Origin: a virus
Virus record (IMG/VR): IMGVR_UViG_2918493637_000007
Reading direction: 5' to 3' (one strand)
DNA length: 64,000 nucleotides
Below are positions 18,226 through 27,182 of this stretch, piece after piece. The notes under the pieces are model-generated. The model had not been told where the DNA came from, made no database searches, and saw only the letters and a program-made list of their open reading frames with translations. Position 1 is the stretch's first letter; every line of letters begins with the position of its first letter. Position numbers and translations under genes: made by a program.

Positions 18226-18251
18226 CAAAAAGGCGGCCCGAGGGCCGCCTT
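18226..18251 (-). terminator. Rho-independent terminator of the methyltransferase operon
   Basis: AAGGCGGCCC-GA-GGGCCGCCTT with a T-run on the minus strand. Confidence 0.75.
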
Positions 18252-18271
18252 GAGATTCGCATCAGTTCGGG

Positions 18272-19171
18272 TCAGCGACCCAGCACTCGGTTGATCCTCT
18301 GGAGGAGACCTTGGCGCCGGCCCGACCATGCCTGCTCGGACTCCGGAAGCGGCACGTCCGGCAGGATCGGCGGATCATCCCGGTGCATGGCCTCGGCGAT
18401 CTCGCCGGGCTTGCGGCCGATCAGGAAGTTGCCGCAGGCGAGCTCGGACTGGGCGGCCGGCGGCAGCGCCTTCACGATGTGAGTCCACTCGGGCCCCTGC
18501 GGATCGAGCGACACGATCTCGTGGATCTTCATCTTGGCGACGCGCTTACGCTCGGTCTCGGGCAGCCGGTAGAGGAGCATCTGGAGGATCCAGCGCACCG
18601 TGAATGCCGCCGTCTGGTGATCTCCGGTGAAGGCATCGACGACCTCGAAGCCCTTGTCCTGAAAGATCGAGGTCAGGCCCTCGCGCGTCGCATTGAAGAA
18701 GTGGCTCGGGTAGCCGTGGACCGGCTGGAGGAACGGCCAGTCGATCATGACCCAGCCGCCCGGCTTGAGCATCCGGTGCATCTCCTGAATCACCTGCCAG
18801 GGCTCGGGGACGTGCTCGAGGACCGCGAAACAACCGATGCCGTAGAGCGACTGGTCCTTGATCGGGTAGAAGCCCGTCGGGTCGACGATCAGGTCGGCCG
18901 AGTTGGACGGGTAGACCTCGAGGTAGAGGCAGTTGTCGTAGGTCTTCTCCCGCAGGCCGCAACCGAGATCCAGGAACAGCTCGTCCGGGTGCTGTTGGAT
19001 CATGTGGTCGAACTGAGCGACGTTCGCGCCAGCGCTCTCGGACTGATACTGACTCAGATCGAAGTGCCGATCGCCGGCGATGATCGGGAAGGCGCCACTC
19101 GGGTGCTCGTCGAGCGGCGCCTGGAAGATGCGCCGGAACCGCTCGTATTTCTCGTGCCCATCCATGCTCAC
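18272..19171 (-). CDS. Class I SAM-dependent methyltransferase
   Basis: FLDLGCG, AVLEHVPEP, EMHRMLKPGG, PFLQPVHGYPSHFFNAT. Confidence 0.9.
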   Translation of the reverse strand: MSMDGHEKYERFRRIFQAPLDEHPSGAFPIIAGDRHFDLSQYQSESAGANVAQFDHMIQQHPDELFLDLGCGLREKTYDNCLYLEVYPSNSADLIVDPTGFYPIKDQSLYGIGCFAVLEHVPEPWQVIQEMHRMLKPGGWVMIDWPFLQPVHGYPSHFFNATREGLTSIFQDKGFEVVDAFTGDHQTAAFTVRWILQMLLYRLPETERKRVAKMKIHEIVSLDPQGPEWTHIVKALPPAAQSELACGNFLIGRKPGEIAEAMHRDDPPILPDVPLPESEQAWSGRRQGLLQRINRVLGR

Positions 19172-20079
19172 CTCCGGCGCAGCCGACTGAGAAGGCTCTG
19201 GGGGCGCGGCGTGGGTGCTGCCGGCTCAGGATCCGCGGCGTAGTTCTGGCGCCAGGGGTCGACGAGCGAGGAGGCATCGAAGGTGCGCGCGGCCTCGGTC
19301 CCGCGCCTGATCGCGATGATCGAGGGCCGGGTCGCGGTCACGGTGCCGGAGGCGTCGTCGTGGTGGTCGGCGTGGGCCAGGGTGTAGTGGACGTCAAAGC
19401 CCAGGTTGTCGAAGATCTTGTTGTAGAGCCCGCGCGAGAGGTGCCACCAGACGTAGTTGATCTGCGGGTTGTCGAGCGGCGTGATCGGCCGCATCGTCAG
19501 GTCGTCCAGCGGTGTGACGTCCGTGAAGGGGATGAGCACCGCCTCCCTGGCGAGCCGGGCCCAGGCGCCGATCGCGTAGACCGGGTCAGACAGGTGCTCG
19601 ACGATGGCGCCGGCCATCACGACGTCGAACATCTGCTCGGGCCACTCGTAGAGCTCGGCCATCGGCGCGTAGACGCAGCGCGCCCGGCTGCCGAACTTGT
19701 GCCAGGCGTGCCACCAGGAGTTCTTGATGGGCACGAGGTTCTCGCGCTCCCACATCGCCCGGTAGCCGCGAATGTCCTTGTAGGAGAGGCTATCGGCGAA
19801 CGGGAAGTGCCGGAACTCGTGGGTCGAGGAGGCGTCGAGGCCTGTGACCGTCGCGCCTGCCAGCTCGGCGTGGAACGCGAGGTAGCCAGAGGCCGTGCCA
19901 ACATCAAGCACTGACTTACTTTTTAGGTCATAGCCGCCGATGTATGTGGCGAAATTATCGATCGTCCAGGAACCTTTGACGCGCTCGAGGCCCGGGAAGA
20001 CCATCGAGTGATACCAGTAGCACCGGGCGGTCGGGTCAAACGGGCGCGGTGTCTCATAGCGCGGCACGTCTCCACTCAT
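19168..20079 (-). CDS. Class I SAM-dependent methyltransferase
   Basis: KSVLDVGTASGYLAFHAELAGATVTGLD, FDVVMAGAIVEHLSDP. Confidence 0.9.
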   Translation of the reverse strand: MSGDVPRYETPRPFDPTARCYWYHSMVFPGLERVKGSWTIDNFATYIGGYDLKSKSVLDVGTASGYLAFHAELAGATVTGLDASSTHEFRHFPFADSLSYKDIRGYRAMWERENLVPIKNSWWHAWHKFGSRARCVYAPMAELYEWPEQMFDVVMAGAIVEHLSDPVYAIGAWARLAREAVLIPFTDVTPLDDLTMRPITPLDNPQINYVWWHLSRGLYNKIFDNLGFDVHYTLAHADHHDDASGTVTATRPSIIAIRRGTEAARTFDASSLVDPWRQNYAADPEPAAPTPRPQSLLSRLRRR

Positions 20080-20124
20080 GGTTTAATCCTCCTGCCTGCG
20101 TTTTGTCTGCAAACAAGTAGATAA

Positions 20125-20153
20125 AACGTAAAAAAATTATTGTCTCGCCTCAA
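20125..20153 (-). promoter_or_regulatory. Sigma70-like promoter of the methyltransferase moron
   Basis: TTGAGG-17nt-TACGTT in an AT-rich tract; GGAGG RBS before ATG at 20079. Confidence 0.55.
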
Positions 20154-20271
20154 CCGATAGGTGTGCTAGGGCATCGCTCGGTATAAAATGAAACACCACA
20201 ACTAAATTTGGCGTATTTCCTGGGATGTTGGAAAATCGATCAAGATTTTGGAATTTTCTCCCGGAAGTTGC

Positions 20272-20302
20272 AAAAAGGGGCGACCCCAGGAGAGGCCGCC
20301 CC
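20272..20302 (-). terminator. Rho-independent terminator after the ligase-HNH operon
   Basis: Minus strand GGGGCGGCC-8nt-GGTCGCCCC-TTTTT (one G-U pair). Confidence 0.7.
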
Positions 20303-20388
20303 GCACACACACAGAAAGGAAACCCGAACACGTCGGTCCCACCCGACGGTTCTACGGGTCTCCTAACGGTAAGTCAACGCTGACTTGC

Positions 20389-20964
20389 CTATTTCTCGAG
20401 GAGGCGGTTGCCCTTCCTCCTGTTCGCGTCGCGGGTCTTCACCTGGAGGTTCCAGGGGACGTGGAGCCCGCAGAGCAGCTCGTGCTGGAGCGGCTCGATG
20501 TGGTCGACTTCGTGCGGGATCCCCGTCACGTCGGTCATGCGCCGGGCCTCGGCGTAGACGGCCTCGATCGCCTTGCGGTCGGCCCAGGGCGGGGTGGCCT
20601 GCTTGATGGCGTCCCAGCGCCAGATGGACTTGGCGGCGTAGTAGCCCGGGTTGTTGCGGTAGGTCTGCTGAGCGTAGCGCTTGCGCCGCTCCGGGTCAGC
20701 CTTCTGCACCGCGATGGCCTGGGCGATCCGCTCCTCGCGGTTCTCCCGGTAGCGCGCCTTGCACCCGGCCTTGTGTGCCTCGGGATCAGCCTGGTGCCGA
20801 GCCTTCGCCTTCGCGATCCTGGCCGCCCTGTTCTTCTGGTAGTTGGTCCGGTTTTTCTCGCGCACACAGGATGCGCACCAGTGCCCGAAGCCGTCCTTGG
20901 TGGACTTGTCCGAGTTGAACTCGGACAATGGCTTCGAGCACTGGCACTTCGAGCAGTGTTTCAT
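20389..20964 (-). CDS. HNH endonuclease
   Basis: N-terminal CSKC...CASC, C-terminal HEVDHIEPL...GLHVPWNLQVKTRDANRRKGN. Confidence 0.88.
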   Translation of the reverse strand: MKHCSKCQCSKPLSEFNSDKSTKDGFGHWCASCVREKNRTNYQKNRAARIAKAKARHQADPEAHKAGCKARYRENREERIAQAIAVQKADPERRKRYAQQTYRNNPGYYAAKSIWRWDAIKQATPPWADRKAIEAVYAEARRMTDVTGIPHEVDHIEPLQHELLCGLHVPWNLQVKTRDANRRKGNRLLEK

Positions 20965-20995
20965 CCTGTCTTCGTAGGTCAGTGCTGACTTACCG

Positions 20996-22354
20996 TCAAG
21001 CGGCGACCTTCAGAGCCGAGTCCTTATCGTCCCGGAACCTTACGAAGCGGGGATGACGAAGCGATCCATCCGGTGTCACCTCGTGATACTCCACCTCGAT
21101 CAGCCGCCCGATGTAGCTGTCCGGGTCCTTGTCGATCGTCTCCAGCAGCTCGTGCGAGAAACCGCCGCCCACGCTGACGCTGACCCCGGCCCGGTCGACC
21201 ACGAAGCCCGCGAACTTCCCTTCCAGGCGGGTGCCGGCCTTCCCGGTGTAGTGGCCGGTGATCCGGAGATCCTCCGTTTCCTGCCCCTTGATCTTCATCC
21301 AGAGGTGGCCCTTCTTCTTCACGTAGTGGCCGTCCCAGGGCTTCACCATCGCACCCTCAAGGCCGTTGGCCCGGTGCTCGGCGTAGATGGCCTGGATCTC
21401 CTCGTGGGAGTTCGCCTCGCGTAGGTCTGTCACCTGGATCGGGGCGCCCTCGGGCGCGCAGCGCACCACGAACTCCAGCACCTTGCGCCGGATCTTGAGC
21501 GGGACCTTCCACTCGATCTGGCCGGTGTCGCGCATGATGGCGTAGGGCACGATGTCGAACACGTTCAGGATCGTATCGGTCGCCTCCTCGTCCTTGCGGC
21601 GCAGATCGCCCGAGGTCGTCTTGTAGGAGCCGGACACCGCCTCGCCGTCGATCGCCGCCGACGGACCAGCGTCGCCGCCCAGGACGTCCCAGATGAAGCG
21701 GCGCACCTTGTCGGTCATCCCCGGGCAGCTCTCGGCGTTCTGGACCTTGGCCCGGGCGTTCTCGACCATCTGGACCAGGTAGGGGCCGGCCCAGTCGAGC
21801 TGCGGGAAGTGGTTGCCCACGCGCGAGAACGCCTTCGAGACCCCGGCCGAGACCAGGCTCATGCCCCGGAAGCCGTCGAGCTTGGGCTCGATCGGGACCG
21901 GGAACGTCTTGATGCGCTTCTCCTCGTAGGCCTTGGACAGCATCAGGTCGAAGGTCGGCACCGTATTCGGCAAGACCAGGTTGATGGTCTTCTCGGAGAT
22001 GCCGCAGCGCAGGTCCTTGGCCAGGATCCGGCGCAGGACCTCGCAGGAGGCCGGCTCCAGGTCGACGAGCATGCGCTCGACCGCGACCTTGGCGGCGTTG
22101 CCGGTCAGCTCGCGCTTGGAAAGCTGGTGCAGCATCACCCAGGGCTGCGGGCTGGTGTGGTCGAAGCTGAGCCGGCCGGCGCCCTTCACCTGGGGCGGCG
22201 TGATGCCGAAGGTGATGAACGGGTCGTAGGCGAGCTGCACGACGCGCTGGACGGTCGGGTCCTCGATCTTGGACCGGAGCAGGTCCTCCTTCGCGTTGCG
22301 CGAGGTGGTGGCGCCGATCTCCTGGAGGAGGCGGTAGACGTCGATCGAGTTCAC
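20996..22354 (-). CDS. ATP-dependent DNA ligase (T4 gp30-like)
   Basis: EPKLDGFR (motif I), IDGEAV, FDIVP, EGAMVK, WMKIK, OB-fold GSGF-like GGGFS, SLRHPRF. Confidence 0.93.
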   Translation of the reverse strand: MNSIDVYRLLQEIGATTSRNAKEDLLRSKIEDPTVQRVVQLAYDPFITFGITPPQVKGAGRLSFDHTSPQPWVMLHQLSKRELTGNAAKVAVERMLVDLEPASCEVLRRILAKDLRCGISEKTINLVLPNTVPTFDLMLSKAYEEKRIKTFPVPIEPKLDGFRGMSLVSAGVSKAFSRVGNHFPQLDWAGPYLVQMVENARAKVQNAESCPGMTDKVRRFIWDVLGGDAGPSAAIDGEAVSGSYKTTSGDLRRKDEEATDTILNVFDIVPYAIMRDTGQIEWKVPLKIRRKVLEFVVRCAPEGAPIQVTDLREANSHEEIQAIYAEHRANGLEGAMVKPWDGHYVKKKGHLWMKIKGQETEDLRITGHYTGKAGTRLEGKFAGFVVDRAGVSVSVGGGFSHELLETIDKDPDSYIGRLIEVEYHEVTPDGSLRHPRFVRFRDDKDSALKVAA

Positions 22355-23055
22355 GCGGCCTGGTCCTTCTGTGCTGCGGCCCGGGCGCGGGCCATCTCGA
22401 GGAGCGACATGCCCTTGCCGGCCGGAGCCGGTGCGGGCTTCGGGGTGGGCTTGGGCTGCGCAGGGGCGGCCGCAGGCGGCTTCGGTGCCGGTGCGACAGC
22501 CTTGGGCGCGGGCGCGGGAGCTGGCGCCTCGCTGGCCCTGGCGACGGCGCGGGTCACGGCAGCCGACAGGTCGCCCGACAGCGCGGCCGCCTTCAGCCCG
22601 TCGTCAGCGGCCGGCGCCGACTCCTCGCGCTTCACCGCGGCGAGCTTCACGCCCGCGGTCTTCTTGGCCGCCCGGGGCTTGCCGGCACTGGCCGCCTCGT
22701 TCGCCGCCCGGATCGCATCGGCTTCGGCGCCCTCGACCGCGTAGCGGTTGACCGCGTCGTCGCGCACCAGGATCGGGCGCACCGCCTCGAGGATCTCACC
22801 CTTGAGCGGGAGCACCTTCGGCTCGGCCGAGAAGTAGGGATCCTCGCCCGTGCGGATGATCGCCCGGTTGATCCAGTAGACCGGGCACTTCGAGGACATC
22901 AGGCAGGCCTGGCAGCCGCGCCGCTCGTCGGGCTTGCGGCCGCGAGCCACCTGCTGCTCGAGCTCCAGGCAGTCGGCGAGCCGCGTCTCGGCCCCGAAGA
23001 TCGGGCAGACGATCAGGGCCTCGTTCTTCGGCGAGTAGGTCTTGATGAGCGTCAT
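22351..23055 (-). CDS. Hypothetical protein (Cys-rich N-terminus, Ala/Pro-rich tail)
   Basis: CPIFG...C...CQAC...KCP; operonic overlap with the ligase. Confidence 0.65.
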   Translation of the reverse strand: MTLIKTYSPKNEALIVCPIFGAETRLADCLELEQQVARGRKPDERRGCQACLMSSKCPVYWINRAIIRTGEDPYFSAEPKVLPLKGEILEAVRPILVRDDAVNRYAVEGAEADAIRAANEAASAGKPRAAKKTAGVKLAAVKREESAPAADDGLKAAALSGDLSAAVTRAVARASEAPAPAPAPKAVAPAPKPPAAAPAQPKPTPKPAPAPAGKGMSLLEMARARAAAQKDQAA

Positions 23056-23577
23056 CTACCAGGTCCCCCAGTTCTCGTTGTGGGCGACCTCGTCGGCGAC
23101 GGACGGCCCGGCCGGCTCCACGAAGTCGGTGAACTTGTGCCGGGGCTGGTAGCCCTTGCGGACGATCTTCCCGTCGCGGTCGAACTCGGGTTGCGGATCG
23201 GGAGTGCGCACGCCGGTCGTGTCGGCGCCGGGCGCGATGTGCTCGAGGTTGTCCGGGCCGAGCTTGGACAGGTAGAGGATGCCGAGCTTCTTGCGGAAAT
23301 CGGCCTCGTCATCGCACTGCACGATGGTGTCCCGGGCCGGGTCGTGCTCGTAGCCGTTCCGCTTCTTGTCGCGGTCCTTGCTCTCAAACTCAGCGACGGC
23401 CGCGTCAGAGTGGTGGAACGCATCCACCCGCATCTGGCCTTCGGCGTTCTTCTTGCCCCAGCGCTGGATGACGATCGCGCGGCCCTCGCCGTTCACGATC
23501 AGCACTTGGTGATATTCCTTGGTGCCCTGTCGATGCAGCATCGACTTCTTGCGCAGGGCGATCGGGTAGACCGGCAT
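23056..23577 (-). CDS. WGR-domain protein
   Basis: KEYHQVLI...IQRWGKKNAEGQ...F...AAVAEFESKDRDKKRNGYE fits the WGR pattern. Confidence 0.7.
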   Translation of the reverse strand: MPVYPIALRKKSMLHRQGTKEYHQVLIVNGEGRAIVIQRWGKKNAEGQMRVDAFHHSDAAVAEFESKDRDKKRNGYEHDPARDTIVQCDDEADFRKKLGILYLSKLGPDNLEHIAPGADTTGVRTPDPQPEFDRDGKIVRKGYQPRHKFTDFVEPAGPSVADEVAHNENWGTW

Positions 23578-23619
23578 GGCTCCTCTCTGCTGTGCGTGTG
23601 TCTGTGTCTCGCTCGCTGA

Positions 23620-23645
23620 CTATAGCGAGCGTGCGTCGGTGTTTC
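23620..23645 (-). promoter_or_regulatory. Phage-specific promoter-like motif upstream of the WGR-ligase operon
   Basis: Minus strand GAAACACCGAC-GCACGCTCG-CTATAG, adjacent to the operator at 23646-23661. Confidence 0.7.
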
Positions 23646-23667
23646 GTGTCACCACTGACTTATTGCG

Positions 23668-24801
23668 TCAGGCAGTGAGCGGCGCCTTCGCCCGGCGCAG
23701 CGCCGTGTAGGGGTTGCGCAGGCGCCATTCGACGGCCAGCCGCGGGCTGTATTCCTGGGCCTGCCAGAGCGCCTTGCGCACGACCTCGGGCTTGGCCTCG
23801 TTCGGGTCCTGGTCGAGCGGCAGCAGGGCGATGCGGGCCTTCAGCCCGATCTTGCGGATCGACTCGGCCGCCTTCACCGCGGCGGCGAGCGCGTCGGGCG
23901 TCCCGTCCCAGCAGATGATGACCTCCTGGAGCCCGTAGCCCTTGAGCACGAGGAGCTGACCGAGCTGGTCGCGGCCCTCGAGATCGCCGGTCGACAGGTG
24001 CTTGCCGAAGGAGCCGACCGGGACGATGTCGCGCAGCTCGCTCTCACCGTCGATCGCCGCCTTGAGCGAGAACACGTCGAAGGCGCCCTCCCCCATCGCG
24101 ATCCGGCGCGCCCGCACGGCGTTGTGGCCGTTGTAGAGGAAGCGACCGGTGCCGGGCAGCGCGGGCGGGAACAGGTATTTCGCGTCCTGGTCGCCGATGA
24201 TGTCCCGGCCCTGGAAGGTCACGAGCTTGCCGTCGAGGTCGTAGACCGGGATCAGCAGCCGCTGCTCCCACTTCTGGCCGCCCCGGCTGCCGTCGTCCTT
24301 CGTCCAGTTCCACCAGCCGCTGTCGCAGTAGCGCAGCCGGAAGTAGGCCGCGAGCTCCACGCCGATCCCGCGGCTCTCGAGGTATTTCAGGTTCTGGCCG
24401 TCAGCCGTCGGCAGCGCGAAGCTGTCGGGGAGCTTGATCTCGTCGGGCACCTCGACGGCGGCCGTGATCGTGCGCTTCGGGCGCCAGCCCTGCTCCACGC
24501 AGGCCGCCTTGACGTGCTTGAGGGTCTCGCCCCACTTCTTCGCGTCCTTGTCGCCGTGCAGGAAGGCGTTGACGAAGGACAGCTTGTTGAAGCGGGTCTC
24601 GCACACGAAGCAGTTGCCGATCCCGGACTCGGCGTTGAGGTAGACCCGGTAGCGCCCGTCCCGGCAGTGGTCCTGCGGGCAGTCCTTCACGTTGATCTGC
24701 ATGCCCGACGAGCCGCGCGTGGGCCCCTTGTAGGCCAGGCCCTCGCGGTCGAACCACTGCTCCAGGTCGAGCTCCTCGGACAGCTCCTGAAAATCGCTCA
24801 C
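23668..24801 (-). CDS. dnaG: DNA primase (Zn-binding + TOPRIM)
   Basis: GTG at 24801 overlapping the upstream TGA; CPQDHC...GNCFVC; LLIPVYDLDGKLVTFQGR; MGEGAFD; CWDGTPDA. Confidence 0.85.
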   Translation of the reverse strand: MSDFQELSEELDLEQWFDREGLAYKGPTRGSSGMQINVKDCPQDHCRDGRYRVYLNAESGIGNCFVCETRFNKLSFVNAFLHGDKDAKKWGETLKHVKAACVEQGWRPKRTITAAVEVPDEIKLPDSFALPTADGQNLKYLESRGIGVELAAYFRLRYCDSGWWNWTKDDGSRGGQKWEQRLLIPVYDLDGKLVTFQGRDIIGDQDAKYLFPPALPGTGRFLYNGHNAVRARRIAMGEGAFDVFSLKAAIDGESELRDIVPVGSFGKHLSTGDLEGRDQLGQLLVLKGYGLQEVIICWDGTPDALAAAVKAAESIRKIGLKARIALLPLDQDPNEAKPEVVRKALWQAQEYSPRLAVEWRLRNPYTALRRAKAPLTA

Positions 24802-25019
24802 GGGCGCCTCCAGCCGAGGGACTCGAGGGTCTCGCGCACGGTCCGGGCCTGCTCGAGGAAGCGCCGGCCCGTGACCTTCGGATCCTCGAGCACGCAGTCC
24901 CACTGGAAGTTGGCGTTGCGCGCCAGCACGCGCGCCGCGCCGATGTCCTCGTCGGTGAACCCGTCGAGCTGCTGCTCCAGCGGGTAGCCCATGCAGTCCT
25001 TGCCCGAGCGGTCGATCAT
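24798..25019 (-). CDS. Hypothetical protein
   Basis: 73-aa ORF with overlapping start/stop junctions. Confidence 0.6.
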   Translation of the reverse strand: MIDRSGKDCMGYPLEQQLDGFTDEDIGAARVLARNANFQWDCVLEDPKVTGRRFLEQARTVRETLESLGWRRP

Positions 25020-25210
25020 GCGGTGCCTCGGATCTCGCCGCGCGTGGCCGCCTGGATCGCGTGCGCGTCGCTGCCGGAGGCCAGGATCCAGGCCCGGATG
25101 AAGGAGCTGGCCCAGATGTCGGCCGGGTAGCGGACCTCGACCTCGAGCACCTGGATCGGCGGCAGCCAGAACCGGCGCCGCTCGACGAACCTGAAACGAC
25201 CCGTCCTCAT
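25016..25210 (-). CDS. Hypothetical protein
   Basis: ATG at 25210 (MRTGRFRFVERRRFW...), GGAGG RBS, ATGA-type overlaps on both sides. Confidence 0.55.
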   Translation of the reverse strand: MRTGRFRFVERRRFWLPPIQVLEVEVRYPADIWASSFIRAWILASGSDAHAIQAATRGEIRGTA

Positions 25211-25521
25211 GCCGCCCTCCTCTCGTCCTCGTCGTTGAGCTCGATCGCCACGCAGCGCGGCTCCATCACCACCTCGACGGCGTAGCGGCCGGCGATCCGG
25301 GCCGGCGCCAGGATCTCGACCACGTAGTCGAAGGCGTCCCAGCTCTCGGGATCGTTCTCGACGTTGGCCTCGATCAGCATCTCGGCGACGTCGGACCCGC
25401 GCACGAACTCGGGCAGATCCACCTCGGCCTGGCTCTCGTAGGGCTCGGGCGGCTGGTAGCGCCGGTCCATCTTGATCTTCTGGCGCGGGCATTCGCGCCA
25501 GAGCACGGTGATCTTGGCCAT
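25207..25521 (-). CDS. Hypothetical protein
   Basis: 104-aa ORF overlapping the dnaB stop. Confidence 0.6.
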   Translation of the reverse strand: MAKITVLWRECPRQKIKMDRRYQPPEPYESQAEVDLPEFVRGSDVAEMLIEANVENDPESWDAFDYVVEILAPARIAGRYAVEVVMEPRCVAIELNDEDERRAA

Positions 25522-26879
25522 CAGCGGCTCACCCCCAGGACCTTCGAGAGGAACTTCATGCGGGCCCGGTCCTGCTGGATGCGGATCACGACGCCCTCTT
25601 CGCCGTTGCGGTGCGCGACGAACTCGATGCGGGCTTCCGAGACCTGCTTCTCCTCGGACGTCGCCGAGATCGCGATCACCACGTCGGCGATGCGGATCTT
25701 GTTGAAGTCCTCGGCCACGTCGGTCGCCTTGACGCTGGTCGCCTTGGCGCCGTCGCGGTTCGTCTGCGTGGCCGTGAGCACCGCGGCGTTCTGCTCGAAG
25801 GCGATCGCGCGCAGATCGACCCAGATCGACTTGCTCTCCTGGATCGGATTGTCGTTGCGGTGCTCCGCGGCCATGATGTCCGCGTAGTCGACGATGATGA
25901 GGTCGAAGATGACCCCGCGCGCCCGGTAGCGCTCGATCAGCCGCCGGAGCTGGCTGCCCTTCATCGTCCCCGTCGGGAACTCGTGGATGTAGAACTGGCC
26001 CGACTTCTTGGCCGCGAGCTCGACGGCCTCCTGCACCTTGAACGGGTTGTCGTTAAGGCCCTTCATCAGGGTGTCCGACACGTTCGCGTCGAGACGATCC
26101 GCGATGATGCGCGAGGCGACCTCGAGGGAGACGTAGAGGACGTTGAAGCCGGCGAAGGCCGCATACTTGCCGAAGTCGGCCAAGCCCATCGACTTGCCGC
26201 CCTTGGCCGGCGCCATCAGCGCCGAGAGCTCCTTGCGGCCCCAGCCCTTGTGGTAGAGGAGGTCGTCGATCTCCTTGATGCCGGTGGTGATGCCGTCGGG
26301 CTTGTAGAGCCCGGCCGCGATCATCTTGCGCCGCTCGGTGCGCTCCTGGATGTGGTCGAAGTAGTTGATGCCGCTGGCGTCGTCGGCCACGCCCACGAGC
26401 TGCGCCGCCGAGATGCGCTGGGCGATCTTGGCGAAGTCGCCCCGGTCGAGGTCCCCGACCGAGGCCAGGATCGCCTCCTCCAGCGCCCGGTGCTTGGCGA
26501 AGCTCGCGACCTCGTCGACCACGAAATCGCGGTCCGAGATGTCGGCGGTGAGGAGTTCCTTCACCTTCTCCTTGACATCGGCGACCATGTCCTTGCGGAT
26601 GGTCTTGTTCGCGATGCCATTGGCGATGAGCCTGACAAGTGTGACCTTGTCGGGCAGCATCTTATACTTGGCGAAGTATTCCCCGGTCAGCTTGACCAGG
26701 ACGGCTTCGGACTCGTTGACGAAGTAGAAGGGCTGGATCAGCCCGTCCGTGCGCTGCGCGAAGACCGGGTCGCGCACCTGGAGCGCGGCGACCTTGCTCT
26801 GAAACTCGGCGTCGAACTGGAAGGCGCCCGGGTTCGCGGGGACCGCGTCGTCTTCCTCGACCGTGACGTACGCGGTCAT
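25521..26879 (-). CDS. dnaB: Replicative DNA helicase (DnaB-like)
   Basis: ITTGIKEIDDL, APAKGGKS (Walker A), LYVSLEV, LIIVDYADI, LTATQTNR, AEDFNKIRIAD. Confidence 0.92.
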   Translation of the reverse strand: MTAYVTVEEDDAVPANPGAFQFDAEFQSKVAALQVRDPVFAQRTDGLIQPFYFVNESEAVLVKLTGEYFAKYKMLPDKVTLVRLIANGIANKTIRKDMVADVKEKVKELLTADISDRDFVVDEVASFAKHRALEEAILASVGDLDRGDFAKIAQRISAAQLVGVADDASGINYFDHIQERTERRKMIAAGLYKPDGITTGIKEIDDLLYHKGWGRKELSALMAPAKGGKSMGLADFGKYAAFAGFNVLYVSLEVASRIIADRLDANVSDTLMKGLNDNPFKVQEAVELAAKKSGQFYIHEFPTGTMKGSQLRRLIERYRARGVIFDLIIVDYADIMAAEHRNDNPIQESKSIWVDLRAIAFEQNAAVLTATQTNRDGAKATSVKATDVAEDFNKIRIADVVIAISATSEEKQVSEARIEFVAHRNGEEGVVIRIQQDRARMKFLSKVLGVSR

Positions 26880-26882
26880 GGA

Positions 26883-27143
26883 TCAGGCCTCGAGGATTTC
26901 GTAGCCCGTCAGGTTGCCCTTAAAGTAAGTCATCGCTGACTGATCTCCGCGGGCGACCTTGATGGTGAACTGGTCGGCGGCGACGAGCCGCCCGGTCCGG
27001 GTGGTCGCGCCGAAATGCACGGTGATCTGCCGGCCGATCGCCGCCTTCAGGTCGTCCTGGTGGTTCCAGGTGCGCGGCTTCATCGGCTGCCGAGGCGCGC
27101 TCGGACCACGACGCTCGATCACGGGGCGGGTCTGGGGCTTCAT
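26883..27143 (-). CDS. Hfq/Sm-fold-like small protein
   Basis: QDDLKAAIGRQITVHF...TGRLVAADQFTIKV...SAMTYFKGNL aligns by eye with the Hfq Sm1 (G.I..FDQF.I) and Sm2 (MVYKHAI) motifs. Confidence 0.6.
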   Translation of the reverse strand: MKPQTRPVIERRGPSAPRQPMKPRTWNHQDDLKAAIGRQITVHFGATTRTGRLVAADQFTIKVARGDQSAMTYFKGNLTGYEILEA

Positions 27144-27182
27144 CTCGCGTTCTCTCGCTCGTGTTGTGTTGCGTCGCGTCGT

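Noticed and set aside
18272-20079. Methyltransferases as restriction-modification DNA methylases
   Set aside because: They lack the DPPY/NPPY or PC catalytic motifs and have no adjacent restriction enzyme; the motifs fit small-molecule or glycan class I methyltransferases.
5585-26879. Inteins in DnaE, DnaB or ligase (TerL also checked)
   Set aside because: Lengths are normal; no C/S...HN-C/S/T splice junctions or LAGLIDADG blocks seen.
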